The position numbers were made by a program, and so were the translations under genes. Shown here piece by piece: positions 19,315-26,755 of a stretch of DNA of 64,000 nt. The notes beneath the pieces were generated by a model. The model was not told where the DNA came from, searched no databases, and saw nothing but the letters and a program-made list of their open reading frames with translations. The DNA comes from Escherichia phage TrudiRoth: the sequence record MZ501109; one strand, 5' to 3'. Positions within the stretch are counted from its first letter, which is position 1, and the number at the start of each line of letters is the position of its first letter.

Positions 19315-20370
19315 ATGATTAAGACTGGTCTAGTAATTGGTAAGTTCGCACCATTAACACGTGGTCATATTAACCTAATAAACACAGCAGCAACTATGTG
19401 TGAACGAGTTATAGTTGTAGTTAGTCATGATAATCGCTGGCTGGATAAACAAAACACACGTGATCAGGAAGTCTTACAGTTAAAGAACCGACTTCGTTGG
19501 TTAGAACAAACTTACGCGGATATTGAGCACATTTCGGTAGAGTACATTATTGAAGATGATATTCCTGAATATCCGAATGGTTGGCCGGAATATGCTAGAA
19601 TACTTAATGAAAATTATGGACATTTGCCTGAGATCACCATTTTCTCTAGCGAACTAGACTATGATGCAGAATATAAGAAATATCTGCCGAAGTTTGGTCA
19701 TTATATTGTAGATTCTGATCGGACTCGTGTTCCAATCTCAGCTACAATGATTCGTAATGATCTTATGAAGTATTGGGAGTTTCTTCCTAGCGTAGTTCGT
19801 AAAGATTACGTGCGTAAGGTTGTAATCATTGGGACTGAAAGCTCGGGAAAGACTACTTTAACAAAATACCTTGCGAAGCTATACAACACTTCGTGGGTAG
19901 AAGAATATGGTCGAACGTATTGTGAAGTTGATCTAGTTGGTAACGAAAATCTGCTTACCAGCGAAGATTATAGTAAAATTGCGTTCAGACACAAAGAGCT
20001 AGAGTTTGAAGCAGAACGTACTGCAAATAAGATCATGTTTGTGGATACAAATGCTTTTATTACTGAGTTCTACCACAGACTTTATGAACATAGTAAGAAT
20101 CCTGTGGTTACAGCAATTGCAAAAGAAGAACATTATGATTTAGTAATTGTTCTAGCGCCTACTGTCAAGTGGGTAGATGATGGTTTACGTATTAACTCCG
20201 ATCGTTCAATTACTTCTGAACTGTTCGAGCAGATGAAGAAAGAATTTCCAAATCAGTTCCCTGAAGGGCGTACTGTTTACATCGACTCTCCGGACTACAA
20301 AGTTCGTATGGACGAAGCAGTAAACGCAGTAGACTGGCTGATTCATCACTTTAACGTTGGAGAGTTTTAA
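19315..20370 (+). CDS. nadR: NadR-like bifunctional NMN adenylyltransferase / ribosylnicotinamide kinase
   Basis: Nucleotidyltransferase motif GKFAPLTRGHINLI and P-loop kinase domain GTESSGKTTL; ATG 19315 after promoter 19256-19284. Confidence 0.75.
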   Translation: MIKTGLVIGKFAPLTRGHINLINTAATMCERVIVVVSHDNRWLDKQNTRDQEVLQLKNRLRWLEQTYADIEHISVEYIIEDDIPEYPNGWPEYARILNENYGHLPEITIFSSELDYDAEYKKYLPKFGHYIVDSDRTRVPISATMIRNDLMKYWEFLPSVVRKDYVRKVVIIGTESSGKTTLTKYLAKLYNTSWVEEYGRTYCEVDLVGNENLLTSEDYSKIAFRHKELEFEAERTANKIMFVDTNAFITEFYHRLYEHSKNPVVTAIAKEEHYDLVIVLAPTVKWVDDGLRINSDRSITSELFEQMKKEFPNQFPEGRTVYIDSPDYKVRMDEAVNAVDWLIHHFNVGEF

Positions 20371-20371
20371 T

Positions 20372-21049
20372 ATGACTAACTATCTCGTAAATGACTTTAA
20401 AAACTGGAAACCTCTGGAATATCTGTGGCTGTTCATAGCGGTTGTCTTCATTAGTTTAGCAAACTATAATGGTACAGCTCTAGATTGGGCTACTGCAATA
20501 ACCAATGTGGTTTGTGTTATTCTGGTTGCAAAAGGACGTGTTTCCAACTATATTTGGGGCTTAGTGGGTGTTCTTACATATGGTATTACAGCTTTAAACG
20601 CAGATCTTTATGGTAACGCTGCACTAAACCTGCTATACTACGTTCCTATGCAGTTTTATGGAATGTACTTATGGCATAAAAATAAGCCAAGTAATCTGCC
20701 GGATGTTCCAACTAAGGTTCTGACTAAAGCCCAAGCTCTGCTGACTCTAGGGATTCTAGCAGTAGCCACGTTAGGGTATGGTAGTTTCTTAGCTACTACG
20801 GCTGATCCATTTCCAATGTTGGATGCATTTACTGCGGTAGGTAGTGTGATCGCTATGTGGCTTATGGTTAAGCAGTATGCCGAGCAGTGGCTGATCTGGA
20901 TTGCTATTAACATTGGTACTGTGTACATTTGGCTTGTAACTGCTCAATCTACAGGTGCATCTTATGCAATCCTAGCAATGTGGCTAGTATTCTTAGGTAA
21001 CTCTATTATGGGAGCCTATAAAGGATACTTTGTACGCGTTAACAAATAA
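20372..21049 (+). CDS. pnuC: nicotinamide riboside transporter PnuC
   Basis: About 7 TM segments, PnuC-like WxxxY-rich profile; overlaps nadR stop; ORF opens at TTG 20357. Confidence 0.75.
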   Translation: MTNYLVNDFKNWKPLEYLWLFIAVVFISLANYNGTALDWATAITNVVCVILVAKGRVSNYIWGLVGVLTYGITALNADLYGNAALNLLYYVPMQFYGMYLWHKNKPSNLPDVPTKVLTKAQALLTLGILAVATLGYGSFLATTADPFPMLDAFTAVGSVIAMWLMVKQYAEQWLIWIAINIGTVYIWLVTAQSTGASYAILAMWLVFLGNSIMGAYKGYFVRVNK

Positions 21050-21058
21050 AGTAGTTAT

Positions 21059-21082
21059 AGCCCTCGCTTAGAGGGCTATTAT
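21059..21082 (+). terminator. terminator-like hairpin after pnuC
   Basis: AGCCCUC-GCUUA-GAGGGCU followed by AUUAUA. Confidence 0.5.
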
Positions 21083-21096
21083 ACAGAAATTTTCAC

Positions 21097-21125
21097 TTGC
21101 TTAATATAGAAAATTTCTGTATAAT
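21097..21125 (+). promoter_or_regulatory. sigma70-type early promoter
   Basis: -35 TTGCTT, 17 bp, -10 TATAAT. Confidence 0.65.
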
Positions 21126-21155
21126 ATATTTATAAATTTGAGAGAGGAATCAAAT

Positions 21156-21452
21156 ATGAAACGCATTGTACTTGCATTGACTCTAGTATCTACTTCTGTA
21201 TTTGCTGCTCCACAACAGGAACTTTGTCAAGTTCAAGTTTGTAATAAGCTAGAACGATTTACTCTAGACATTTGGTCACATATTAAAGATAATATGGGTG
21301 AACAGTGTTTTGATATTGTTCTGCCAAAAGAACAAGCTGTTCCTGGTGCTGTTCTCAGTTCAGAATCACGTTGGTGGCAGGGTTCTTCTATCAATCCAAC
21401 TAAGAAGTCAGTGACACGTATCAAACAAGTATATCAGTGCAATGTTCAGTAA
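21156..21452 (+). CDS. secreted small protein
   Basis: Signal peptide MKRIVLALTLVSTSVFAAP and six Cys. Confidence 0.5.
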   Translation: MKRIVLALTLVSTSVFAAPQQELCQVQVCNKLERFTLDIWSHIKDNMGEQCFDIVLPKEQAVPGAVLSSESRWWQGSSINPTKKSVTRIKQVYQCNVQ

Positions 21453-21460
21453 AATTTCAC

Positions 21461-21489
21461 TTGCTTAATGCCGAAATTTTCTGTATAAT
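21461..21489 (+). promoter_or_regulatory. sigma70-type early promoter (tRNA-Ser/tRNA-Met unit)
   Basis: -35 TTGCTT, 17 bp, -10 TATAAT directly upstream of the tRNA at 21504. Confidence 0.65.
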
Positions 21490-21503
21490 ATATTCATAAT
21501 TTC

Positions 21504-21597
21504 GGAAGATTAACCCTAAAGGTAAGGGAGCTGTTTGCTAAACAGCTAGTAGCTGTGGAAACACGGTGTGCCAGTTCGAGTCTGGCATCTTCCTCCA
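21504..21597 (+). tRNA. tRNA-Ser (anticodon GCU)
   Basis: Acceptor GGAAGAU/AUCUUCC, anticodon stem GCUGU/ACAGC with loop UUGCUAA, long variable arm, T-arm GCCAG-UUCGAGU-CUGGC, CCA. Confidence 0.75.
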
Positions 21598-21602
21598 AAT
21601 TT

Positions 21603-21680
21603 GGTTCTCAAGCTCATTTGGTATGAGCCGTCGCCTCATAAGCGAAAGGTAGGTAGGTTCGAATCCTCCGGGAGCCACCA
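21603..21680 (+). tRNA. tRNA-Met/Ile2 (anticodon CAU)
   Basis: D-stem GCUC/GAGC, anticodon loop CUCAUAA, T-loop UUCGAAU, CCA. Confidence 0.65.
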
Positions 21681-21697
21681 ATTAACTAGGAGACGAT

Positions 21698-21883
21698 ATG
21701 TCTAAGTTTCAGGAATTGAAGCAGGAACTAGAAGAGTGTGCCTGCCCAAAATGCTTCGGAGCAGGTGAATGGAACGATGCTGAACCTGGTGATACATGGT
21801 ATAATACATACGTTTGTACACATTGTAATGGTTCTGGTATTAATCCTGAATGCGGTATTTCTCTAGGTATTGAGCGAGGCTAA
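21698..21883 (+). CDS. zinc-ribbon protein
   Basis: 61 aa with CACPKC...CTHCNGSG. Confidence 0.45.
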   Translation: MSKFQELKQELEECACPKCFGAGEWNDAEPGDTWYNTYVCTHCNGSGINPECGISLGIERG

Positions 21884-22217
21884 GATGGATATTTACACTA
21901 CACCAGCAGTAAACCTGATTGGCTCTTGCCTTGTGCATTTCCGCTTCTTCCAAACGGATGATAGCAAAGAGGAGTATACCTATCCTCTGATGGATTTTCA
22001 GATTGAGGACTTCTTCCGTGAAGTGCGTAATATCTCTGAGAACTTCTATTATGGCATGGATAAGGAAGACTTTGACATTGAGTTCCCTATAATCTCTCGT
22101 TATTTCCTAGAGCAGTCCGACGCTCGGTTTGAGAAGATTGAACACATGGAAGTAGCCTGGGCTATCCAGTTCGAAATTACTGGCTTTGCTCGATACATTC
22201 AAGGTTACGAACTATGA
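21870..22217 (+). CDS. hypothetical protein
   Basis: 115-aa ORF overlapping the previous stop. Confidence 0.45.
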   Translation: MSEAKMDIYTTPAVNLIGSCLVHFRFFQTDDSKEEYTYPLMDFQIEDFFREVRNISENFYYGMDKEDFDIEFPIISRYFLEQSDARFEKIEHMEVAWAIQFEITGFARYIQGYEL

Positions 22218-22309
22218 AATTAAAAGATTATTATATTGGTTGGTTTGTAGGACTAATAGTAGGATTTTCACTGGGCTACAACTTGTATCAACTGATAAAC
22301 TGATTACAT

Positions 22310-22386
22310 GGGGGTGTAATCGAATTGGCATAGGTACTGGACTTAAAATTCAGGTTTTGTGGGTTCGAATCCCACCACCCCTACCA
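22310..22386 (+). tRNA. tRNA with anticodon UAA (Leu?), class I geometry
   Basis: Acceptor GGGGGUG/CACCCCU, anticodon stem CUGGA/UUCAG with loop CUUAAAA, T-arm GUGGG-UUCGAAU-CCCAC, A73, CCA; D-arm poorly paired. Confidence 0.45.
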
Positions 22387-22537
22387 AATTAAGGAAATAA
22401 AATGAAAGCTATTAAGAAAGCACTGCGTAAATTTATGTATTGTCGTTTTCATAGCATCAAGGCTTCAACTAATGGTACTACTTACGATCGCTATGATCCT
22501 AAGTTTGGCTTACATTCTAAATAACTGGAGAAAACAA

Positions 22538-22744
22538 ATGGCTAATCCTGAAATTACGGCACAACGCTTTATGCTGAAAGGAATTATTGCTGAAGCAGGC
22601 ATGACAGAAGAAGTTGCAGATTTTCAAAAGCAATTCCTCAATATTCTCACTCAAGCCAAAGAGCTAGGAGAGAAAGAACATGGCGCGGCTATTATGGCAA
22701 TCACATTGGTTGGGCTTGATCTGGCTGAAGAATCAGGAGTTTAA
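22538..22744 (+). CDS. hypothetical protein
   Basis: ORF opens at 22472; ATG 22538 has RBS GGAG. Confidence 0.4.
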   Translation: MANPEITAQRFMLKGIIAEAGMTEEVADFQKQFLNILTQAKELGEKEHGAAIMAITLVGLDLAEESGV

Positions 22745-22774
22745 CTCCTCCAAGCAGAAATTTTAAAAATGTAC

Positions 22775-22804
22775 TTGCTTTTTACTTAAGATTTCTGCTA
22801 TAAT
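22775..22804 (+). promoter_or_regulatory. sigma70-type early promoter
   Basis: -35 TTGCTT, 18 bp, -10 TATAAT. Confidence 0.6.
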
Positions 22805-22833
22805 AGTTATATAAGTTGATGAGAGGAATCAGA

Positions 22834-23100
22834 ATGTTAAAACGTTTTGCAGCAACTGGTATTGAAAGCTCAGTATGTAAATCCTGGGGTGGTTGGGAAG
22901 GTGAGATCGAGTGGCTTTATTTCTACAATGTAGAACTTCTTCCAGAGATCAAAGCTCAATGTATTGAGGCTGGTATGGCTCCTGATGCTACGGCTGATGT
23001 TGAAATCAGCATGAATAAGCTAGAGGGTCGAGTAGTCACTGTTACTGATGAAGGTGAAGAGGTATTCGAACTTCCATTCACTTTGAAAGTCACTCCTTAA
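22834..23100 (+). CDS. hypothetical protein
   Basis: 88 aa behind promoter 22775-22804 and the conserved leader GATGAGAGGAATCA. Confidence 0.5.
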   Translation: MLKRFAATGIESSVCKSWGGWEGEIEWLYFYNVELLPEIKAQCIEAGMAPDATADVEISMNKLEGRVVTVTDEGEEVFELPFTLKVTP

Positions 23101-23145
23101 TTTGATTAACTGATACAGCACTGAGCAAGTTCTTTAAAATTTGAC

Positions 23146-23174
23146 TTGCTCAGTCCTTCAAAACTTGATATAAT
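23146..23174 (+). promoter_or_regulatory. sigma70-type early promoter (tRNA cluster)
   Basis: -35 TTGCTC, 17 bp, -10 TATAAT; -35 lies inside a 10-bp inverted repeat. Confidence 0.55.
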
Positions 23175-23238
23175 AGTTATCTAATTTGGAAAACATATTT
23201 AAAAGTGTTTAAACTAGTATTTGAATATTTCTAAATAT

Positions 23239-23329
23239 GTTGGATTAGTATCGTAGAGGTAGCGAAGCAGACTGTAAATCTGCCGACTCGGAAGGGTCTC
23301 GGGTGGTTCGACTCCATCATCCAACACCA
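23239..23329 (+). tRNA. tRNA-Tyr (anticodon GUA)
   Basis: Acceptor GUUGGAU/AUCCAAC, anticodon stem GCAGA/UCUGC with loop CUGUAAA, long variable arm, CCA. Confidence 0.75.
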
Positions 23330-23336
23330 AATTTAA

Positions 23337-23413
23337 GTCCTGTTAGACAAACTGGTAAAGTCACTACCCTTTCAAGGTAGGATTTGCGGGTTCGATCCCC
23401 GCACAGGACGCCA
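23337..23413 (+). tRNA. tRNA-Glu (anticodon UUC)
   Basis: Acceptor GUCCUGU/ACAGGAC, anticodon stem CUACC/GGUAG with loop CUUUCAA, T-arm GCGGG-UUCGAUC-CCCGC, CCA. Confidence 0.75.
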
Positions 23414-23421
23414 ATTTCTGC

Positions 23422-23498
23422 ATTCCTAGAGTGTTACTGGACAGCATGTCGGTCTCCAAAACCGTACGGTCTAGGTTCGAGTCCTAGTAGGTTTGCCA
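23422..23498 (+). tRNA. tRNA-like, anticodon CCA (Trp?), poorly paired
   Basis: T-arm CUAGG-UUCGAGU-CCUAG and CCA end are good; anticodon loop CUCCAAA; acceptor and D stems have mismatches. Confidence 0.3.
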
Positions 23499-23504
23499 AT
23501 ATTT

Positions 23505-23579
23505 GCACCTTTAGCTGAGATGGATTAGCGCTTGCCTGAAGAGCTTGAGAGGTTCGTTCGATACGAACAGGGTGCACCA
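23505..23579 (+). tRNA. tRNA-like, anticodon GAA (Phe?)
   Basis: Acceptor GCACCUU/AGGGUGC, T-arm GUUCG-UUCGAUA-CGAAC, CCA; anticodon loop CUGAAGA with two U-U mismatches in the stem. Confidence 0.4.
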
Positions 23580-23596
23580 ATTTGAAGGAGATGCTG

Positions 23597-23869
23597 ATGC
23601 ATCCTGAAAACTTCTTTATTTACTGTGCGGATAAGTCACTGAAACGCAGAATTAACAAAGTCTATCATTATCGTGCTAGTCAACAGCCTTATGTTTATGC
23701 TTTTGATGGAGATTACATCCCACTAGAACAGTTGGCCTGTGATTACATGGTTTTGAAGAACTTTGACGAGACAAAGATCTCAAGCGTTCATAATCGACAG
23801 AACCCGTTAACGTGGAAATATAAGAAGAAAAAGAAAGGCATCAAATTCTTAAAAAATGTAGTTGCTTAA
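23597..23869 (+). CDS. hypothetical protein
   Basis: RBS GAAGGAG then ATG 23597; ORF opens at 23582. Confidence 0.45.
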   Translation: MHPENFFIYCADKSLKRRINKVYHYRASQQPYVYAFDGDYIPLEQLACDYMVLKNFDETKISSVHNRQNPLTWKYKKKKKGIKFLKNVVA

Positions 23870-23890
23870 CCGCTTAAAGTTCTGTATAAT
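23862..23890 (+). promoter_or_regulatory. sigma70-type early promoter
   Basis: -35 TTGCTT, 17 bp, -10 TATAAT. Confidence 0.65.
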
Positions 23891-23919
23891 TATTACATAA
23901 ATTGAACTGGAGAAGCAAC

Positions 23920-24144
23920 ATGACAGAACAAGAATTGAAAGAACGTAAGCTGGTAATGCTTCGCTTACTAAACATTTTCTCTGGTATGGATGGTGGTATT
24001 GACTTCATTCAACTACGCACTTTTGTAGAAGAAGCAGAAGGCGAGGCTATCACTAGGATTCTTAAACATATGGGTTTGTTACTAGATGCTGCTAATGTGG
24101 CTACTCAATATAAACTCGAAGATTTACCGGAGCGTGTTAAATGA
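23920..24144 (+). CDS. hypothetical protein
   Basis: ATG 23920 behind promoter 23862-23890. Confidence 0.45.
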   Translation: MTEQELKERKLVMLRLLNIFSGMDGGIDFIQLRTFVEEAEGEAITRILKHMGLLLDAANVATQYKLEDLPERVK

Positions 24145-24332
24145 AAATGTTAGTTAAATTTAAGTGTTGTGGTTCTGAACATATTTTCACTCGTTATAGA
24201 GAGTTTAAGATGTGTGAGTGCGGTAAATCAGGCTACGATGCTGGAGATGGCTATTATGCTAGATCTATAGGACATTCTAAAGATCTAGAGTTTACTAATC
24301 TCGAAAAGCAAGATAAATCGACCGTTGGCTGA
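24141..24332 (+). CDS. zinc-ribbon protein
   Basis: 63 aa with CCGSEH...CECG; its stop overlaps the 5' end of a tRNA. Confidence 0.4.
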   Translation: MKMLVKFKCCGSEHIFTRYREFKMCECGKSGYDAGDGYYARSIGHSKDLEFTNLEKQDKSTVG

Positions 24333-24394
24333 ATGGCTTAGGCGGAGGCCTGCAAAACCTCCTTATGTGAGTTCGAATCTCATGCGGTCGTCCA
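24319..24394 (+). tRNA. tRNA-Cys (anticodon GCA)
   Basis: Acceptor CGACCGU/GCGGUCG, anticodon loop CUGCAAA, T-arm GUGAG-UUCGAAU-CUCAU, CCA; 5' end overlaps the stop of ORF 24141..24332. Confidence 0.5.
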
Positions 24395-24401
24395 AATTTT
24401 A

Positions 24402-24484
24402 GGGTCGTTAGCCAAGCGGTTTGGCGGTGGACTGTTAATCCATGTCGAAAGACAACGTAGGTTCGAATCCTACACGGCCCGCCA
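24402..24484 (+). tRNA. tRNA-Asn (anticodon GUU) with 13-nt variable region
   Basis: Acceptor GGGUCGU/ACGGCCC, D-stem GCCA/UGGC, anticodon loop CUGUUAA, variable GUCGAAAGACAAC, T-arm GUAGG-UUCGAAU-CCUAC, CCA. Confidence 0.5.
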
Positions 24485-24587
24485 TATTCTGTGTAGAGTT
24501 AAGTAAACCGGTAGCCAACCAGCTATCATTGCTGATATCGAATTCAGTCACAGATACCATTTTTCATTAACAACTGAGGAAATAGAT

Positions 24588-24773
24588 ATGACAACTCGTG
24601 CAATTGCTCGACTAGAAGCTGATCGTGATAATCTGATTAATAATATTAAGGTTCGTGGTAATATTATTAAGGCTCTGAAAGCTGAACTTCTTGAAGAACT
24701 TCAAGGTCAAGTAGAGCGTCGTGAAGCTCTAAAAGAGGTTGAGGAAGCTATCGAAAAACTCAAAACTGAGTAA
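24588..24773 (+). CDS. hypothetical coiled-coil protein
   Basis: 61-aa ORF. Confidence 0.4.
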   Translation: MTTRAIARLEADRDNLINNIKVRGNIIKALKAELLEELQGQVERREALKEVEEAIEKLKTE

Positions 24774-24776
24774 ATT

Positions 24777-25358
24777 ATGCACGGAATATCCTTACCCATT
24801 CCAGGGTTTGAGGAGTACTTAGTAAGTTTGGATGGGTTAGTATTTAGTATCAAATCAAACAAAATACTAACCCAAATAACCAGTAATTACGGATACTTAT
24901 CTATACGTCTCCATAAAAATGGTCAACAGAGAAATACCGGTGTACATAGGATTTTAGCATGTGCATTTAAGAAATTACCAAGTCTAGACTCTGAACTAGA
25001 AGTTGACCATATTAACACAGACATTACTTATTGGGGTCTTAATAACTTACAAGTGCTCACAAAAGAGCAGCATCTAGAAAAGACTTTAAAAGATAAAGGA
25101 TTTAGTAAACTAAACCATGATAATTGTTGTAAGGATTGTGGTAAAGCTATTTCTTTAAAAGCTGAAAAATGTCAGGAGTGCTCTTCACATAAACCAAAAG
25201 ATATCTCTATAACTAAAGAAATAATCGAGGTTACAGTAAGAGAGCTAGGCTGGTCAGGTGCAGGGAGAAAGTTAAGTTATTCAGATAATGGGTTGCGTAA
25301 AAGATACACTTCTTTAGGAGGCAATCCTAAAGAACTTAAAAAGTTAAAGGTACTATAG
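24777..25358 (+). CDS. HNH homing endonuclease (second family)
   Basis: N-terminal GFEEYLVSLDGLVFS, HNH core HRILACAF...VDHINTD...NL and C-terminal Cys cluster; sits inside the tRNA array. Confidence 0.65.
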   Translation: MHGISLPIPGFEEYLVSLDGLVFSIKSNKILTQITSNYGYLSIRLHKNGQQRNTGVHRILACAFKKLPSLDSELEVDHINTDITYWGLNNLQVLTKEQHLEKTLKDKGFSKLNHDNCCKDCGKAISLKAEKCQECSSHKPKDISITKEIIEVTVRELGWSGAGRKLSYSDNGLRKRYTSLGGNPKELKKLKVL

Positions 25359-25423
25359 TCTAACGGTTAGGATACTCCCCTGTCACGGGAGAGGTAGGGT
25401 TTCGATTACCCTTAGTACCGCCA
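25349..25423 (+). tRNA. tRNA-Asp (anticodon GUC)
   Basis: Acceptor GGUACUA/UAGUACC, anticodon stem CUCCC/GGGAG with loop CUGUCAC, T-arm AGGGU-UUCGAUU-ACCCU, CCA; 5' end overlaps the HNH gene stop. Confidence 0.75.
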
Positions 25424-25429
25424 AATTAT

Positions 25430-25506
25430 ACATCCATAGCTCAATTGGTTAGAGCTACCGCCTCTTAAGCGGTAGGTTCTAGGTTCAAGTCCTAGTGGGT
25501 GTACCA
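25430..25506 (+). tRNA. tRNA-Lys (anticodon CUU)
   Basis: Acceptor ACAUCCA/UGGGUGU, D-stem GCUC/GAGC, anticodon stem ACCGC/GCGGU with loop CUCUUAA, T-arm CUAGG-UUCAAGU-CCUAG, CCA. Confidence 0.75.
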
Positions 25507-25719
25507 AACATCAGAGCAGCGTGATGTACTGCAAAGACCCAAAGTCCGGGGTGGACTTCTTGATTCAAAGGAGCAGGCACTAATTATCATTCTAGCGTGG
25601 TGGAGAGGGGACACCAGCTTGCCGAGGGTAGAAGCTCGTTCGATTCGAGTGAAAGAATGGTTCTCGTAAATCCGCACAAGTGATAGCAGGTTCAAGTCCT
25701 GCCTAGATTGACTTATTAT

Positions 25720-25793
25720 GCGTTCGTAGTTAAAAGGTATAATTTTTGGTTGCCAACCAGAAGTTGAGGGTTCGATTCCCTCCGACCGCACCA
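25720..25793 (+). tRNA. tRNA-Gly (anticodon GCC)
   Basis: Acceptor GCGUUCG/CGACCGC (one mismatch), D-stem GUUA/UAAU, anticodon loop UUGCCAA, T-arm GAGGG-UUCGAUU-CCCUC, CCA. Confidence 0.7.
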
Positions 25794-26102
25794 AATCTAT
25801 CAAACCAAGCCTGCGCATTCGTGTAACAACTTGTGCGTCTGTAAGGTGATAGTAAACAAGCCACGGAGTTCCGGCCGTTCAACGTGGTAAAATCTTCTGA
25901 ATAACAGGTCGTGGATACCTCTTTGGAGGCTCAACGGAAACGCAGGAGTGTAAGTAAACGAAAGTTTACTTATTATGTAGGTTCCGATAGATCGGCGGGT
26001 CTATTCTGGCATTTAAGAGAAGTCTCGCAAACTTCTTTGTCAGCCGTGGGGTTGGTAGCCTCCAGGTGGCCTACACAATAAGTAAATTTATTAAAAATTA
26101 AT

Positions 26103-26131
26103 TTGCTATTCTGCTTAATTATCTGTATAAT
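26103..26131 (+). promoter_or_regulatory. sigma70-type early promoter
   Basis: -35 TTGCTA, 17 bp, -10 TATAAT. Confidence 0.6.
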
Positions 26132-26165
26132 ATATTTTATAAAGTGAATAGAAGGAAGTTAACAA

Positions 26166-26405
26166 ATGAAAAAATATTCAGAAGAATTTCTAGAAGATAT
26201 GGATTTACATTACCTGTTAACTTTGGTTTTAGAAGAAAAAATCTATGACCAATTTGATCTAGAAGGTCTTACAAAAGTAGATTGTATTCGTGCCCTTCTC
26301 ACTGTTGAAACTCGCTATTTCGAATGTCAACAGTGTGGTGAAGTTAATGAGTGCTCTTGGGAATGTCCAGAGTGTGGATATGACGATCTGCTTGAAACAG
26401 AATAA
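26166..26405 (+). CDS. zinc-ribbon protein
   Basis: 79 aa with CQQCG...CPECG; flanked by two near-identical tRNA-Lys(CUU) cores. Confidence 0.5.
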   Translation: MKKYSEEFLEDMDLHYLLTLVLEEKIYDQFDLEGLTKVDCIRALLTVETRYFECQQCGEVNECSWECPECGYDDLLETE

Positions 26406-26408
26406 TAT

Positions 26409-26485
26409 CTCCGATTAGCTCAATTGGTTAGAGCTACCGCCTCTTAAGCGGTAGGTTCTAGGTTCAAGTCCTTCATTGGAGACCA
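26409..26485 (+). tRNA. tRNA-Lys (anticodon CUU)-like second copy with degenerate T-stem
   Basis: 58-nt core identical to the tRNA at 25430-25506, but T-stem 3' strand is CCUUC (3 bp only) and the acceptor differs; CCA present. Confidence 0.45.
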
Positions 26486-26491
26486 AACAAT

Positions 26492-26569
26492 TGCGGGTTA
26501 GATCTTTGGTAGAGATCGCTAGTCTCATAAGCTAGAAAGAGGTAGGTTCGATTCCTGCACCCGCTTCCA
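26492..26569 (+). tRNA. tRNA-Met/Ile2 (anticodon CAU), unpaired 1-72
   Basis: D-stem GAUC/GAUC, anticodon stem CUAGU/GCUAG with loop CUCAUAA, T-arm GUAGG-UUCGAUU-CCUGC, U1-U72 mismatch, CCA. Confidence 0.65.
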
Positions 26570-26590
26570 ATTTAATAGAAGGATTTCGAA

Positions 26591-26755
26591 ATGAAATTAT
26601 TTCGTTTAAAAGTAAGTGATTTACGTTCTAGCAAAGATCGTAAGAAGTATCCACTAGCCCATTACGGTAAAGATGAAAACGAAGTGATGGCGGAATTTGG
26701 TATTAATCACCCTTACTTAAAAGTTTATTCTATTAAGGAAGTCTATGCTAATTAA
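26591..26755 (+). CDS. small hypothetical protein
   Basis: 54-aa ORF (below the track cutoff) translated by hand; RBS AAGGA. Confidence 0.3.
   Translation: MKLFRLKVSDLRSSKDRKKYPLAHYGKDENEVMAEFGINHPYLKVYSIKEVYAN

Noticed and set aside
22186-22392. 68-aa + strand ORF
   Set aside because: Its 3' half is the tRNA at 22310-22386; only the 29-codon ORF 22214..22303 could be real and it is too short to support.
25492-25818. 108-aa - strand ORF
   Set aside because: Overlaps tRNA-Lys and tRNA-Gly and the tRNA-like segment; the translation is antisense to tRNA stems.
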